64,000 bases of DNA from the human T2T-CHM13v2.0 reference genome, Homo sapiens: NCBI RefSeq assembly GCF_009914755.1, contig NC_060929.1, one strand, 5' to 3'. How positions within the stretch are numbered: position 1 is the first letter of the stretch; each line of letters begins with the position of its first letter. The notes beneath the pieces were generated by a model that worked only from the letters and a program-made list of their open reading frames with translations, was not told the DNA's origin and ran no database searches. Positions 16,085-28,100 of the stretch are shown in pieces. The position numbers were made by a program, and so were the translations under genes.

Positions 16085-17290
16085 CACAGGATAATTAGCT
16101 TCTTCTTACCTCAAAGCTTTCCTCTAGATGTTTCCTCTGTCTGCACTTTTCCTTAAAAATTGTCATATGATTCTTTTCTCTCATCTCATCTTTTAGGTTT
16201 CTGATGAAATGTTGACTCCTCAGAAAAGCCTTCTTTGACCACTCTATATAAAGTTTCACATCCTTTCAACCCAAAATACTATTGTTCTAATTTAGTTTTC
16301 CTCAAAGCACTGTCTGAATTTTTAAGTAGACTTTATTTTTTAGACCAGTTTTCAGTTCACAGTAAAACTGAGCAGAAGGTACCAAGATTTCTAATATACT
16401 CACTGTCTGCACAGATGTACAGTCTCTTCTATTTTTAACATTCCCCACAACAGCTATTCATTTATTTCAACTGATGAACTTACACTGATACATCATAATT
16501 ACCCAGAGTCTACAGTTGACATTAGGATTCATTCTTGGTGTCGTACATTCTATAGGTTTGGACAAATTTATAATGACATGTAGCCACCATTATAGTATCA
16601 GACAGAGCAGTTTTATTGCACTAAAAATCTTCTGTGTTCAGCCAATGCATCCTCCTTTCTGCTAATCCCTGACAACCACTGATCTTTTTACTGTCTTCAC
16701 AGTTTTGCCTTTTCCGTAACGTCAAGTAATTGGAATAATACAGTGTGTAGCCTTTTTGAATTGACTTCTTTCACTTAGTAATATACATTTATGTCTTCCC
16801 CATATCTTTTCATGGCTTGATAGCGCATGTCTTTTGAATAATATTTCATTGTCTGGATGAACCACATTTTTATCTATCCACTCACCTGCAACCTACATCT
16901 TGATTGCTTTATGAATAAAGCTACTATAAACATTCTTTTGCAAGTTTCCATGTGAAATAAGTTTTCAACTTCTTTGGGTAAATAATAAGGAGCCACATTG
17001 CTTAATCATATGATACAATTATGTTTGGTTTTGTAAGAAGCCACCACCATCAATTAATAAGAGTTCCTGTTGCTCCACATTCTGTCATTCGGGGTTGTCG
17101 ATGTTGTCTGAAATTTTATTATTTGGTTATTTATTTGTTTATATATTTATTGCCTGTCTTCCCCAACTGGAACATGAGTTTCTTGAGGATAATAACTTTG
17201 TCTGTCTTATCCAAATCTGTTTTCAACAACTAGTTCAATGCCTAGAATGTACATGGTACTATTAACAAATATTAAATGATTGAATGTTTT
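16085..17290 (+). mobile_element. L2 3' region split by an L1MC-type insertion (L2 parts about 16085-16320 and 17104-17290)
   Basis: CTCAGAAAAGCCTTCTTTGACCACTC on the left; TTGCCTGTCTTCCCCAACTGGAACATGAG...AACAAATATTAAATGATTGAATG on the right. Confidence 0.7.
16321..17100 (-). mobile_element. L1MC-type 3' end
   Basis: TTTTAGACCAGTTTTCAGTTCACAGTAAAACTGAGCAGAAGGTAC...; candidate TSD TGTCTGAA(T/A)TTT near 16311 and 17105. Confidence 0.85.
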
Positions 17291-17419
17291 AAATGGGATG
17301 CTCAACATAGTGTTACGGCTCTAAAGCCACCAATTTTTCTGGTTGGCTGAAAAAAAGGGAGGGAGAATGGCAAAATGCCAATTTTTAGCTCCAAAATGGT
17401 ACACCTAACTTCAGTTAAT

Positions 17420-17668
17420 GTCTTCAGTTTGGCATCTTCGAGACACCTCAAAGTCACCATGTCCAAACCAAACTGATGCATTTAAGCCCATACCCCACGT
17501 CACTGAAAATGGAACCACACCCAATGCCTTGGAAATGCCAAACCCTGAACATCATCCTGAACTTTCTCCTCTCCCTAATATATACTTAGTATGTCTGAAA
17601 GATCATTTACTTCTGGTCTCTCATGGCCTTTACACATACGGATCCCTCTCATATAAAAGTTATTTTCT
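17420..17668 (+). mobile_element. L2 fragment (left half; continues at 29730-30030)
   Basis: CACCTCAAAGTCACCATGTCCAAACCAAACT...GGCCTTTACACAT. Confidence 0.65.
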
Positions 17669-17820
17669 TGTTGGTTTTCATTTTCTTCCAATTTTTATTT
17701 ATCTTTTATTCCCACTGAAAAGATGTAGTCACCCATAACAGATTTTTATTTCTTAATAATAGGCTTTCTTTTCTGGTTAAGTTTATTCTTTCAATGGTAA
17801 GGTTTTAATGCAGTCTCTTT
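17669..17820 (-). other. Putative L1 3'-transduced segment with a second, decayed poly(A) tail
   Basis: Non-L1 sequence between the L1 T-tract (about 17823-17860) and the TSD; T-rich tract 17669-17710; TTTATT (minus-strand AATAAA) at 17705 and 17745. Confidence 0.7.
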
Positions 17821-18190
17821 CATTTTTTTTGTTGTTGTTTTTTTTCATTATTTAATTTTTATTTTAAATTCAGGGGTACATGTGCAGGTTTGTTTTACAG
17901 AGAAGCTAGTGTTACGGAGGGGTTGTTACATAGATCATTTCATCACCCAAGTATTAAGCCTAGTACCCATTAGTTATTTTTCCTGATCATCTCCCTCTTC
18001 ACACCCTCAACCCTCCGATAGGCCCCAGTGTGTGTTGTTCCCCTCTATGTGTCCGTGTATTTTCATCATTGATCTCCCACTTATAAGTGAAAACATACAG
18101 TATTTGGGGTTTCTGTTCCTGTGTTAATTTGCTAAAGTTAATGGCATTTAGCTCCATCCATATTCCTGTAATGAACATGATTTTGTTCTT

Positions 18191-21100
18191 TAAAAAAATA
18201 TTTTAAGTTCTGGAATACATATGCAGAACATACAGGTTTGTTACATATGCATACATGTGACACAGTAGTTTGCTGCACCTATTAACCCATCTTCTAAGTT
18301 CCCTTCCCTAGCCCCTCAACACCCAACAGGCCCTGGTGTGTGTTGTTTCCCTCACTGTGTCCATGTGTTCTCATTGCTCAAATCCCACTTATGAGTGAGA
18401 CCATGTGGTGTTTGGTTTCCTGTTTGTGTTAGTTTGCTGAGAATGATGGCTTCCAACTTCATCCATGTTCCTGCAAAGGACATGATCTCATTCCTTTTTA
18501 TGGCCGTGAAGTATTCCATGGTGTATATGTACCACATTTTCTTTATCCAGTTTATAATTGTTGGGCATTTCAGTTGGTCCCATGACTTTGCTATTGTAAA
18601 TAGCGCTGCACTAAACATATATGTGAATGCATCTTTATAGTATAATGATTTATATTTCTTTGGGTATATACCCAGTAATGAGATTGCTGGGTCAAATGGT
18701 ATTTCTGATTCTAGATCCTTGAGGAATCACCATACTGTCTTCCACAATGGTTGAACTAATTTACATTCCCACCAACAGTGTAAAAGTGCTCCTATCTCTC
18801 CACAGCCTCACCAGCATCTATTGTTTCTTGACTTTTTAATAATTGCCATTCTAACTGGTATGAGACAGTATCTTATTGTGGTTTTGATTTGCATTCCTCT
18901 AATGACCAGTGATGTTGAGCTTTTTTTTCACGTTTGTTCGCTGCATGTCTTCTTTTGAGAAGTATCTGTTCATATACTTTGCCCACGTTTTAATGGGTTT
19001 TTTTTTTTGTAAATTTGTTTTCTTGTAAATTATCTTTTCTTGTAAATTCTGGATATGAGACCTTTGTCAGATAGATAGATTGCAAAAGTTTTCTCCCATT
19101 CAGTAGTTGTCTGTTCAGTCTGATGCTGGTTTCTTTTGCTGAGCAGAAAGTCTTTAGTTTAATTAGATCCCATTTGTCAATTTTGGGTTTTGTTGCAATT
19201 GCTTTTCATGTTTTAGTCATGAAGCCTTTGCGCATGCCTATGTCCTGAATGGTACTGCCAAGGTTTCCTTCTAGGGTTTTTTTAGTTTGGGGTTTTACAT
19301 TAAGTTTTTATCCATCTTGAGTTAATTTTTGCATAGGGTCTAAGGAAGGGGTCTAGTTGTTTATTTTTTTCTGCATATGGCTAGCCAGTTTTCCCAGCAC
19401 CATTTATTGAATAGGAGATCCTTTCCCCATTGCTGGTTTTTGTCAGGTTTGTCAAAGATCAGATGGTTGTCGAGTGTGGTAATATTTCTGAGGTCTCTGT
19501 TCTGTTTCATTGGTCTATATGTCTGCTTTGGTACCAGTACCATGCCGTTTTGGTTACTGTATCCTTGTAGTACAGTTTGAAGTCAGGTAGCATGATACCT
19601 CCAGCTTTGTTCTTTTTTCTTAGAATTGTCTTGGCTATATGGGGTCTTCTTTGATTCCGTACGAAATTTAAAGTAGTTTTTCTAATTCTGCGAAGAATGT
19701 CTATGGTAGTTTAATGGGAATAGCATTGAATCTGTAAGTTAGTTCGGGCAAAATGACCATTTACATAATATTGATTCTTCCTGTCCATGAGGATGGAATG
19801 TTTTCTCGTTTGTTTCCTCTCTTATCTCCTTGAGCAGTGGTTTGTAGTTCTCCTTGAAGAGGTCCTTCACATCTCTGTTAGCTATATTCCTAGGTATTTT
19901 ATTCTCTTTGTAGCAATTGCGAATGGGAATTTATTCATGATTTGGCTATCTGCTTGTCTATTGTTGGTGTATAGGAATGCTTGTGATTTTTGCACATTGA
20001 TTTTGAATCTTCAGACTTTGCTGAAGTTGCTTACCAGTTTAAGGAGTTTTGGAACTGAGATGGGGTTTTCTAAATATACAATCATGTCATCTGCTAACAG
20101 AGACAATTTGACCTCCTCTCTGCCTATCTGAATACCCTTTATTTCTTTCTCTTGCCTGATTGCTCTGGCCAGAACTTCCAATACTATATTGAATAGCAGT
20201 GGTGAGAAAGGGCAGCCTTGTCTTGGGCCGGTTTTCAAAGGCAATGCTTCCAGCTTTTGCCCATTCAATATGATATTGGCTGTGTGTTTGTCATAAATAG
20301 CTCTTACTATTTTAAAATGTCTTCCATTAATACCTAGTTTATTGAGAGTTTTTAACATGAAGGGATATTGAATTTTATCAAAGGTCTTTTCTGCATCTAT
20401 TGAGATAATCATGTGATTTTGTCTTGGTTTTATTTATGTGATGGATTATGTTTATTGACTAGTGTATGTTGAACCAGGCTTGCATCCCAGGAGTGAAGCC
20501 AATTTATCATGGTGGATTACATTTTTGATGTGCTGCTGGATTTGGTTTGCCAGTATTTTATTGAGGATTTTCATACCAATGTTCATCAGGAATATTGGGC
20601 TAAAATTTTCTTTTTTTGTTATGTCTCTTCCCGGTTTTGGTATCAGGATGACGCTGGCTTCATAAAATGAGTTAGGGAGGAGTCCCTTCTTTTCAACTCT
20701 TTGGAATAGTTTCAGAAGGAATGGTACCAGCTCCTCCTTGTACCTCTGGTAGAATTCAGCTGTGAATCCATTTTTGCCTAGAGATGTTTATAGCATCTGT
20801 GATGGTAGTTTGTGTCTCTGTGGGGTCAGTGGTGATATCCCTGTTACCATTTTTTATTGTGTCTATTTGATTCTTCTCTCTTTTCTTCTTTATTAGTCTA
20901 GCTAGTGGTCTATTTTGTTAATTTAAAAAAAAAAAAACAGCTCCTGGATTCATTGATTTTTGGAGAGTTTTTTGTGTCTCTGTCTCCTTCAATTCTGCTC
21001 TTAGTTATTTCTTGTCTTCTGCTAGCTTTGGGATTAGTTTGTTCTTGCCTCTCTAGCTCTTTTAATTGTGATGTTAGTGTGCCAATTAGAGATCTTTCCA

Positions 21101-24100
21101 GTTTCTCATTTGGGCATTTAGTGCTATAAATTTACCTCTTAACACTGCTTTAGGGTGTCCCAGAGATTCTGGAATGTTGTCTCTTTGTTCTCATTGGTAT
21201 CAAAGAACTTACTGATTTCTGCCTTAATTTCCTAATTTACACAGGAGTCATTCAGGAGCAGGTTGTTCAATGTCCATGTAATTGATTTGTTTTGAGTGAG
21301 TTTCTTAATCCTGAGTTCTAATTTTATTGCACTGTGGTCTAAGAGACTGTTTGTTACAGTTTCCATTATTTTGCATTTGCTGAGGAGTGTTTTACTTCCA
21401 ATTACATGGTCAATTTTAGAATAAGTGCCATGTGGCACTAAGAATATCCTTGTTAATTTTCTGTCTAATATTGACAGTGGGGTGTTAAAATCTCCCATTA
21501 TTTTTGTGTGGGAGTCTAAGTCTCTTCGTAGGTCTCTAAGAACTTGTTTTATGAATCTGGGTGCTCTTGTATTGGGTGCATATATATTTAGAATAATTAG
21601 CTCTTCTTGGTGAATTGTTCCCTTTACCATTGTGTAATGCCCTTCTTTGTCTTTCTTGATCTTTGTTGGTTTAAAGTCTGTTTTGTCAGACAATAGGATT
21701 GCAACCCCTGCTTCCTTTTGCTTTTCATTTGCTTGGTAAATTCTCATCCATCCTTTTATTTTTAGCCTAGGTGGGTCTTTGCATGTGGGATGAGTCTCCT
21801 GAATATGGCATACCAATGGGTCTTGACTCTTAATTTGCCAGTCTGTACCTTTTAATTGGGGCATTCAGCTCATTTACATAAGGTTATATATTATTATTAT
21901 ATTAATATATAATATATATGATATTATATATTACAACATATATAATATATATGATATTATATATTACAACATATATAATATATATGATATTATATATTAC
22001 AACATATATAATATATATATTATATTACAACATATATAATATGATATATATTACAACATATATAATATATATGATATATTACAACATATATAATATATGA
22101 TATATATTACAACATATATAATATATATGATATATATTACAACATATATAATATATATGATATATATTACAACATATATAATATATATGATATATATTAC
22201 AACATATATAATATATATGATATATATTACAACATATATAATATATATGATATATATTACAACATATATAATATATATGATATATATTACAACATATATA
22301 ATATATATGATATATATTACAACATATATAATATATATGATATATATTACAACATATATAATATATATGATATATATTACAACATATATAATATACGTTA
22401 TATATTACAACATATATAATATATATGATATTATATATTACAACATATATAATATATATGATATTATATATTACAACATATATAATATATATGATATTAT
22501 ATATTACAACATATATAATATATATGATATTATATATTACAACATATATAATATATATGATATTATATATTACAACATATATAATATATATGATATTATA
22601 TATTACAACATATATAATATATATGATATTATATATTACAACATATATAATATATATGATATTATATATTACAACATATATAATATATATGATATTATAT
22701 ATTACAACATATATAATATATATGATATTATATATTACAACATATATAATATATATGATATTATATATTACAACATATATAATATATATGATATTATATA
22801 TTACAACATATATAATATATATGATATTATATATTACAACATATATAATATATATGATATTATATATTACAACATATATAATATATATGATATAATATAT
22901 TACAACATATATTATATATGATATTATATATTACAACATATATAATATATATGATATAATATATTACAACATATATTATATATGATATTATATATTACAA
23001 CATATATAATATATATGATATAATATATTACAACATATATTATATATGATATTATATATTACAACATATATAATATATATGATATTATATATTACAACAT
23101 ATATAATATATATGATATTATATATTACAACATATATAATATATATGATATTATATATTACAACATATATAATATATATGATATTATATATTATAACATA
23201 ATATATATGATATTATATGTTATAACATATAATATATATTATATTAATAAAGTTAGTATTATTATGTGTGAATCTGATCCTGTCACCATGATACCATCTG
23301 GTTATTTTTCACACTAGTTGATGCAGTTTCTTCATAGTGTGATTGGTCTTTATATTTTGGTGTGTTTTTGCAAGGGCTGGTACTGGTTTTTCCTTTCCAT
23401 ATTTAGTGCTTCTTTCAGGAGCTCTTGTAAGGCAGGCCTGGTGGTAACAAAATCCCTCAGCATTTGCTTGTCTGGGAAGGATTTTATTTTTCCATCACTT
23501 ATGAAGCTCAGTTTGGCTGGATGTGAAATTCTGGGTTGACAATTCTTTTTTAAGAATGTTGAATATTGGTTCCCAATCTCTTCTGGCTTGTAGAGTTTCT
23601 GCTGAGAAGTCTGCTGTTAGTCTGATGGGTTTCCCTTTGTAGGTGACCTGGCCTTTCACTCTGGCTGTCCTTAACAGTTTTTCCTTCATTTTGGCCTTAT
23701 AGAATCTGATAATTATGTGTGTTGGGTTGATCTTCTCATGGAGTATCTTAGTGGTTTTCTCTGTATTTCTTGAATTTTCAGGTTGGCTTGTCTTGCTAGG
23801 TTGGGGAAGTTTCCCTGGTTAATATCCTGAAGTGTGTTTCCCAGTTTGTTTCCATTCTCTCCATCTCCTTCAGGTACTCCAGTCAATCACAGCTTTGGTC
23901 TTTTTATGAAGTCTCATATTTCTTGGAGGCTTTGTTCATTTCTTTTCATTCTTTTTTCTCTAATCTTGTCTGCATGCCTTATTTCAGCAAGGTGGCCTTC
24001 AAACTCTGACATCCTTTCTTCCACTTAGTCAATTTGGCTTTTGATACTTGTATATGTTTCATGAAGTTCTTGTTCTGTGTTTTTCAGCTCCATCAGGTCA

Positions 24101-25191
24101 TTTATGTTCCTACTTAAACTGGTTATTCTAGTCAGCATCTCCTCTATCCTTTTATTAAGGTTCTTAGCTTCTTTGCATTGGGTTAGAACATGCTACTTCA
24201 GCTCAGCATTGTTTTTTATTACCCATCTTCCCAAACCTTCTTCGTTCAATTCATCCATCTCATCCTCCATCCAGTTCTGTGCCCTTGCTGGAGAGACACT
24301 GTGATCATTTGGAGAAGAGGCACTCTGGCCTTTCGGGTTTTCAGCATATTTTCATTGATTCTTTCTCACCTTTGTGAGTTTGTCTAGTTTCAATGTTTGA
24401 GGATGCTGACCCTTGAATGCAGTTTTTGTGGGGGCTTTTTTATTGTTGTCATGTTCTGCTTGTTTGTTTTTCTTTCAATAATCAAGTCCCACTTCTGTAG
24501 GGCTGCTGTGGTTTGCTGGCGTTTCACTTCAGGACCTCTTCATCTGGTTTGTACCTGCATCTGAAAATGTCACTCAAGGAGGCTGGATAATAGCAAAGAT
24601 GAGTGCCTACTCCTTCTTCAGGAATCTCTGACCTCAAGGGGCACCAATCTGATGCCAGTAGAATCATTCCTGTATAGGGTGTCTGACAATCCTTGTTGGA
24701 GGGTCTCACCCAGTTGGGTGTCCAGGGGAATAGGACCCGTTTAACGAAGCACTTTGTCCCTTGGTGGAGAGGGTGTGCTTTGCTGGGGGTAAACTCGCTC
24801 ATCTGGGCTGCCCAGATTCCTCAGAACTAGAAGGAGGAAAGGCGAAGTCTGCTGATCAGCAGAGACTGGGGCCAGCCCTCTCCCTAGGGGCTCAGGCCCA
24901 GGGAGATCTGGGTTCTGTCCCTGAGCCTCTAGCTGGAGTTAATGGAGTTCCTTCAGGGAAGGCCTGTGCAGTGAGGAAGGATGAGTCATGGTCAGGCCTG
25001 AAAAGGCACTCTGGCTGTAATCTGCCACAGCTGGTTTGGTGGGCTGTTGGCAACACATCTTGGGGCCAAGCCATCCAGCCCCTTGGCTCCAGCAGGGGAA
25101 AAGCACAGCCTGGAGCTATAGAGATGCATGCTGCCCTTCCCCAACCCAGAGAGCTAATGTGTTAGGCAGTTGTGAGTGCCAGTGCTGGCTG
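18191..25191 (-). mobile_element. Inner near-full-length L1 (L1PA8-12 class), inactive
   Basis: ORF2 remnants ([18 protein letters not shown]..., [31 protein letters not shown]), ORF1 remnant (KGKPIRLTADFSAETLQARR), 5'UTR at about 24450-25190; stops, frameshifts and internal deletions. Confidence 0.95.
21885..23248. repeat. AT-rich minisatellite (VNTR) with 30, 31 and 33-bp units
   Basis: Main unit GATATTATATATTACAACATATATAATATATAT (33 bp); about 40 units in total. Confidence 0.98.
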
Positions 25192-28100
25192 CTATGTTGA
25201 ATAGAAGTGGTGAAAGAGGGCATTCTTTTCTTGTGCCAGTTTTCACTGGAAATGCTTCCAGCTTTTGCCGTTCAGTATGATATGGGCTGTGGGTTTGTCA
25301 CAGACGGCTCTTATTATTTTGAGGTATTTGCCTTTAATACCTAGTTACTAGGAGTTTTTAACATGCAGTGGTGTTAAAATTTATCAGAAGCCTTTTCTGC
25401 ATGTATTGTGAAATGATGTATTTTTTGTCCTTAATTCTCTTTACGTGATGAATCACATTTATTGACTTGTGTATGTTGAACTATCCTTGCATTCCAGGGA
25501 TAAAGCCTACTTGATCTTGATGGATAAGCTCTTTGATATGCTGCTGGATTTAGTTTGCCAGTATTTCATTGAAGATTTTTTCATCAAAGTTCATCAAGAA
25601 TATTGGCCTAAAGTTTTCTCTTTTTCTGTTATGTCTTTGCCAGGTTTTGATATCAGAATGATACTGACCTCATAGAATGAGGTGGGGAGGAGTCCCTTCT
25701 CCTCAATTTTTTTGTAATAGCTTCAGCAAGAATGGTACCAGCTCTTCTTTGTACATCTGGTAGAATTCACCTGTGAATCCATCTGTTCCTGGGCTTTTTT
25801 TAGTTTGTAGGCTATTACTGACTCAATTTCAGAGCTTGTTATTGGTCTGTTTAGGGATTCAGTTCTTCCTGGTTCAGTCTTAAGAGGCTGTATGAATCCA
25901 GCAATTTATCCATTTCTTCTAGAGTTTTTATTTTATGTGCATAGATGTTCATAATATTCTCTGATGAGGTTGTTTGTATTTCTGTAGGATCAATGGTAAT
26001 ATCTCCCTTGTTTCTGATTGTGTTTATTTGAATCTTCTCTTTTCTTCTTTATTAGTCTAGCTAGCAGTCTATCTATTTTATAATTTTTTTTGAAAGACAG
26101 GTGTCTGGGTTTGTGGATTTTTTGAATGTTTTCTTCTCCCTTCATCTCTTTTAGTTCGTCTCTGATTTTGGTTATTTCTTGTCTTCTGCTAGTTTTGGTT
26201 GTGTTTGCTCTTGGTTATCTAGTTCTTTTAATTGTGATATTAGGTTGTTAATGTGAGATCTTTCTAACTTTTGATGTGGATATTTAGTGCTATAAATTTC
26301 CCTCTTAACACTCTGCCTTAGATGTGTCCCAGAGATTCTGGTCTGATGTATATTTGTTGTCATTAGTTTGAAAGAACTTCTTGACTTCTGCTTTAATTTC
26401 ATTATTTACCTAAAAGTCATTCAAGAGAAGGTTATTCAATTTCCATGTAATTGCATAGTTTTAAGTAAATTTATTACTCTTGATTTCTAGTTTAATTGCA
26501 CTGTGGTCTGACAGATTGTTTGTTATGATTTCAGTTCTTTTGCACTGGCTCTGAAGTGTTTTACTTCCAATTACATGATCAGTTTTAGAGTATGTGCAGA
26601 TAAGAAGAATGTGTGTTCTGTTGGCTTTTGATGAAGAGTTCTGTAGATGTTTACCAGGTCCATTTGATCCAGTGCTGAGTTCAGGTCCTGAATATCTTTG
26701 TGATCTGTCTACTACTGTCAGTGGGGAATTAAAGTCTCTCACTACTATTGTGTGCAAATCTAAGTCTTTTTTAAGGTCTCTAAGAACTTGCTTTATGAAT
26801 CTGGTTGCTCCTGTGTTGGTTGCATATATATTTAAGACAGTTAAATCTTCTTGTTGTGTTAAACCCTTTACTGTTATGCAATGTCCTTCTTTGTCTTTTT
26901 TTAATTTTGTTCACTTAAAGACTGTTTTGTCAGAAACTAGGATTGCAACCCCGTTTTCTTGGTAAATTTTTCTCCATCCCTTTATTTTGAGCCCATGTGT
27001 GTCATTTCACCCATCAAGAAATGGGTCTCTTGAAAGCAGCATACCAATGGGTCTTGGTTCATTATTCAGCTTGCCACTCTGTGTCTTTTAATTGGGAAAT
27101 TTAGCCCATTTACATTCAAGGCTAGTATTGATACGTGTGGATTTGATCCTGTCATCATGATGTTGGCTGGTTATTTTGCAGAATTGTTTATGTGGTTGCT
27201 TTATAGTATCACTGGTCTTCCTTCAACAACTCTTGTAAGGCAGTTCTGGTGATAACAAATTCCCTCTGCATTTGTTTGTCTGAAAAGGATGTTATTTCTC
27301 CTCATTTATGAAGCTTAGTTTGACCAGATATAAAATTCTGGATTGGAATTTCTTTTAAGAAAGTTGGCTATAGGCTCCCAATCTCTTCTGTCTTCCAGGG
27401 TTTCAGCTGAGTGGTCTGCTGTTAGTCTGATGAGCTTCCCTTTGCAAATGGCCTGACCTTTCTTTCTAGCTGCCTTTAACATTTTTTCTTTCATTTCAAC
27501 CTCAGAAAATTTGCTGATTGTGTGTCTTGCAGAGGATCTTTTTTGAAGTATCTTACAGGGTTCTCTGAATTTCCTGAATTTGAATGTTGGGCTCTCTATC
27601 TAGGTTGGGGAATTTCTCATGGATGATATCCTGAAATATGTTTTCCAAGTTGGTTTCATTCTCCCCATCTCTTTCAGACACACCAGTGAATCATAGATTT
27701 GGTATCTTTACATAATCCCACATTTCTCAGAGGTTTTGTTCATTTCTTGTCATTCTTTTTTCTCTATTATTGTCTGACTGTCTTATTTCAGAAAGCCAGT
27801 ATTCAAACTCTGAGATTCTTTTCTTTGCTTGGTCTGTTCTGCCACTAATACTTGTAATTGCACTATGAAATTCTTGTAGTGTATTTTTTGGCTCTATTAG
27901 TCAGTTACATTATTTTCTATACTGGCTATTTTGTCAGTCAGTTTCTGCATTGTTTTATTATACTTTTTAGCTTCCTTGGATTGGGTTCCAAGGTACTCCT
28001 GTAATTCAACAATCTTCATTTCTATTCATATTTTGAATTCTATTTCTGTCATTTCAGCCATCTCAGCCTGGTTCAGAACCCTTGCTAGAGAGGTGATGCA

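Noticed and set aside
18352-21864. L1 ORF2-like ORFs (EN, RT and C-terminal pieces) as functional genes
   Set aside because: Fragmented by stops, frameshifts and deletions; no intact ORF1 or ORF2.
22097-22921. 274-aa and 156-aa Ile/Tyr/Thr-rich ORFs; also a superficial resemblance to a CRISPR array
   Set aside because: The frames are open only because the 30- and 33-bp units are multiples of three. The units are contiguous with no unique spacers, and the DNA is primate.
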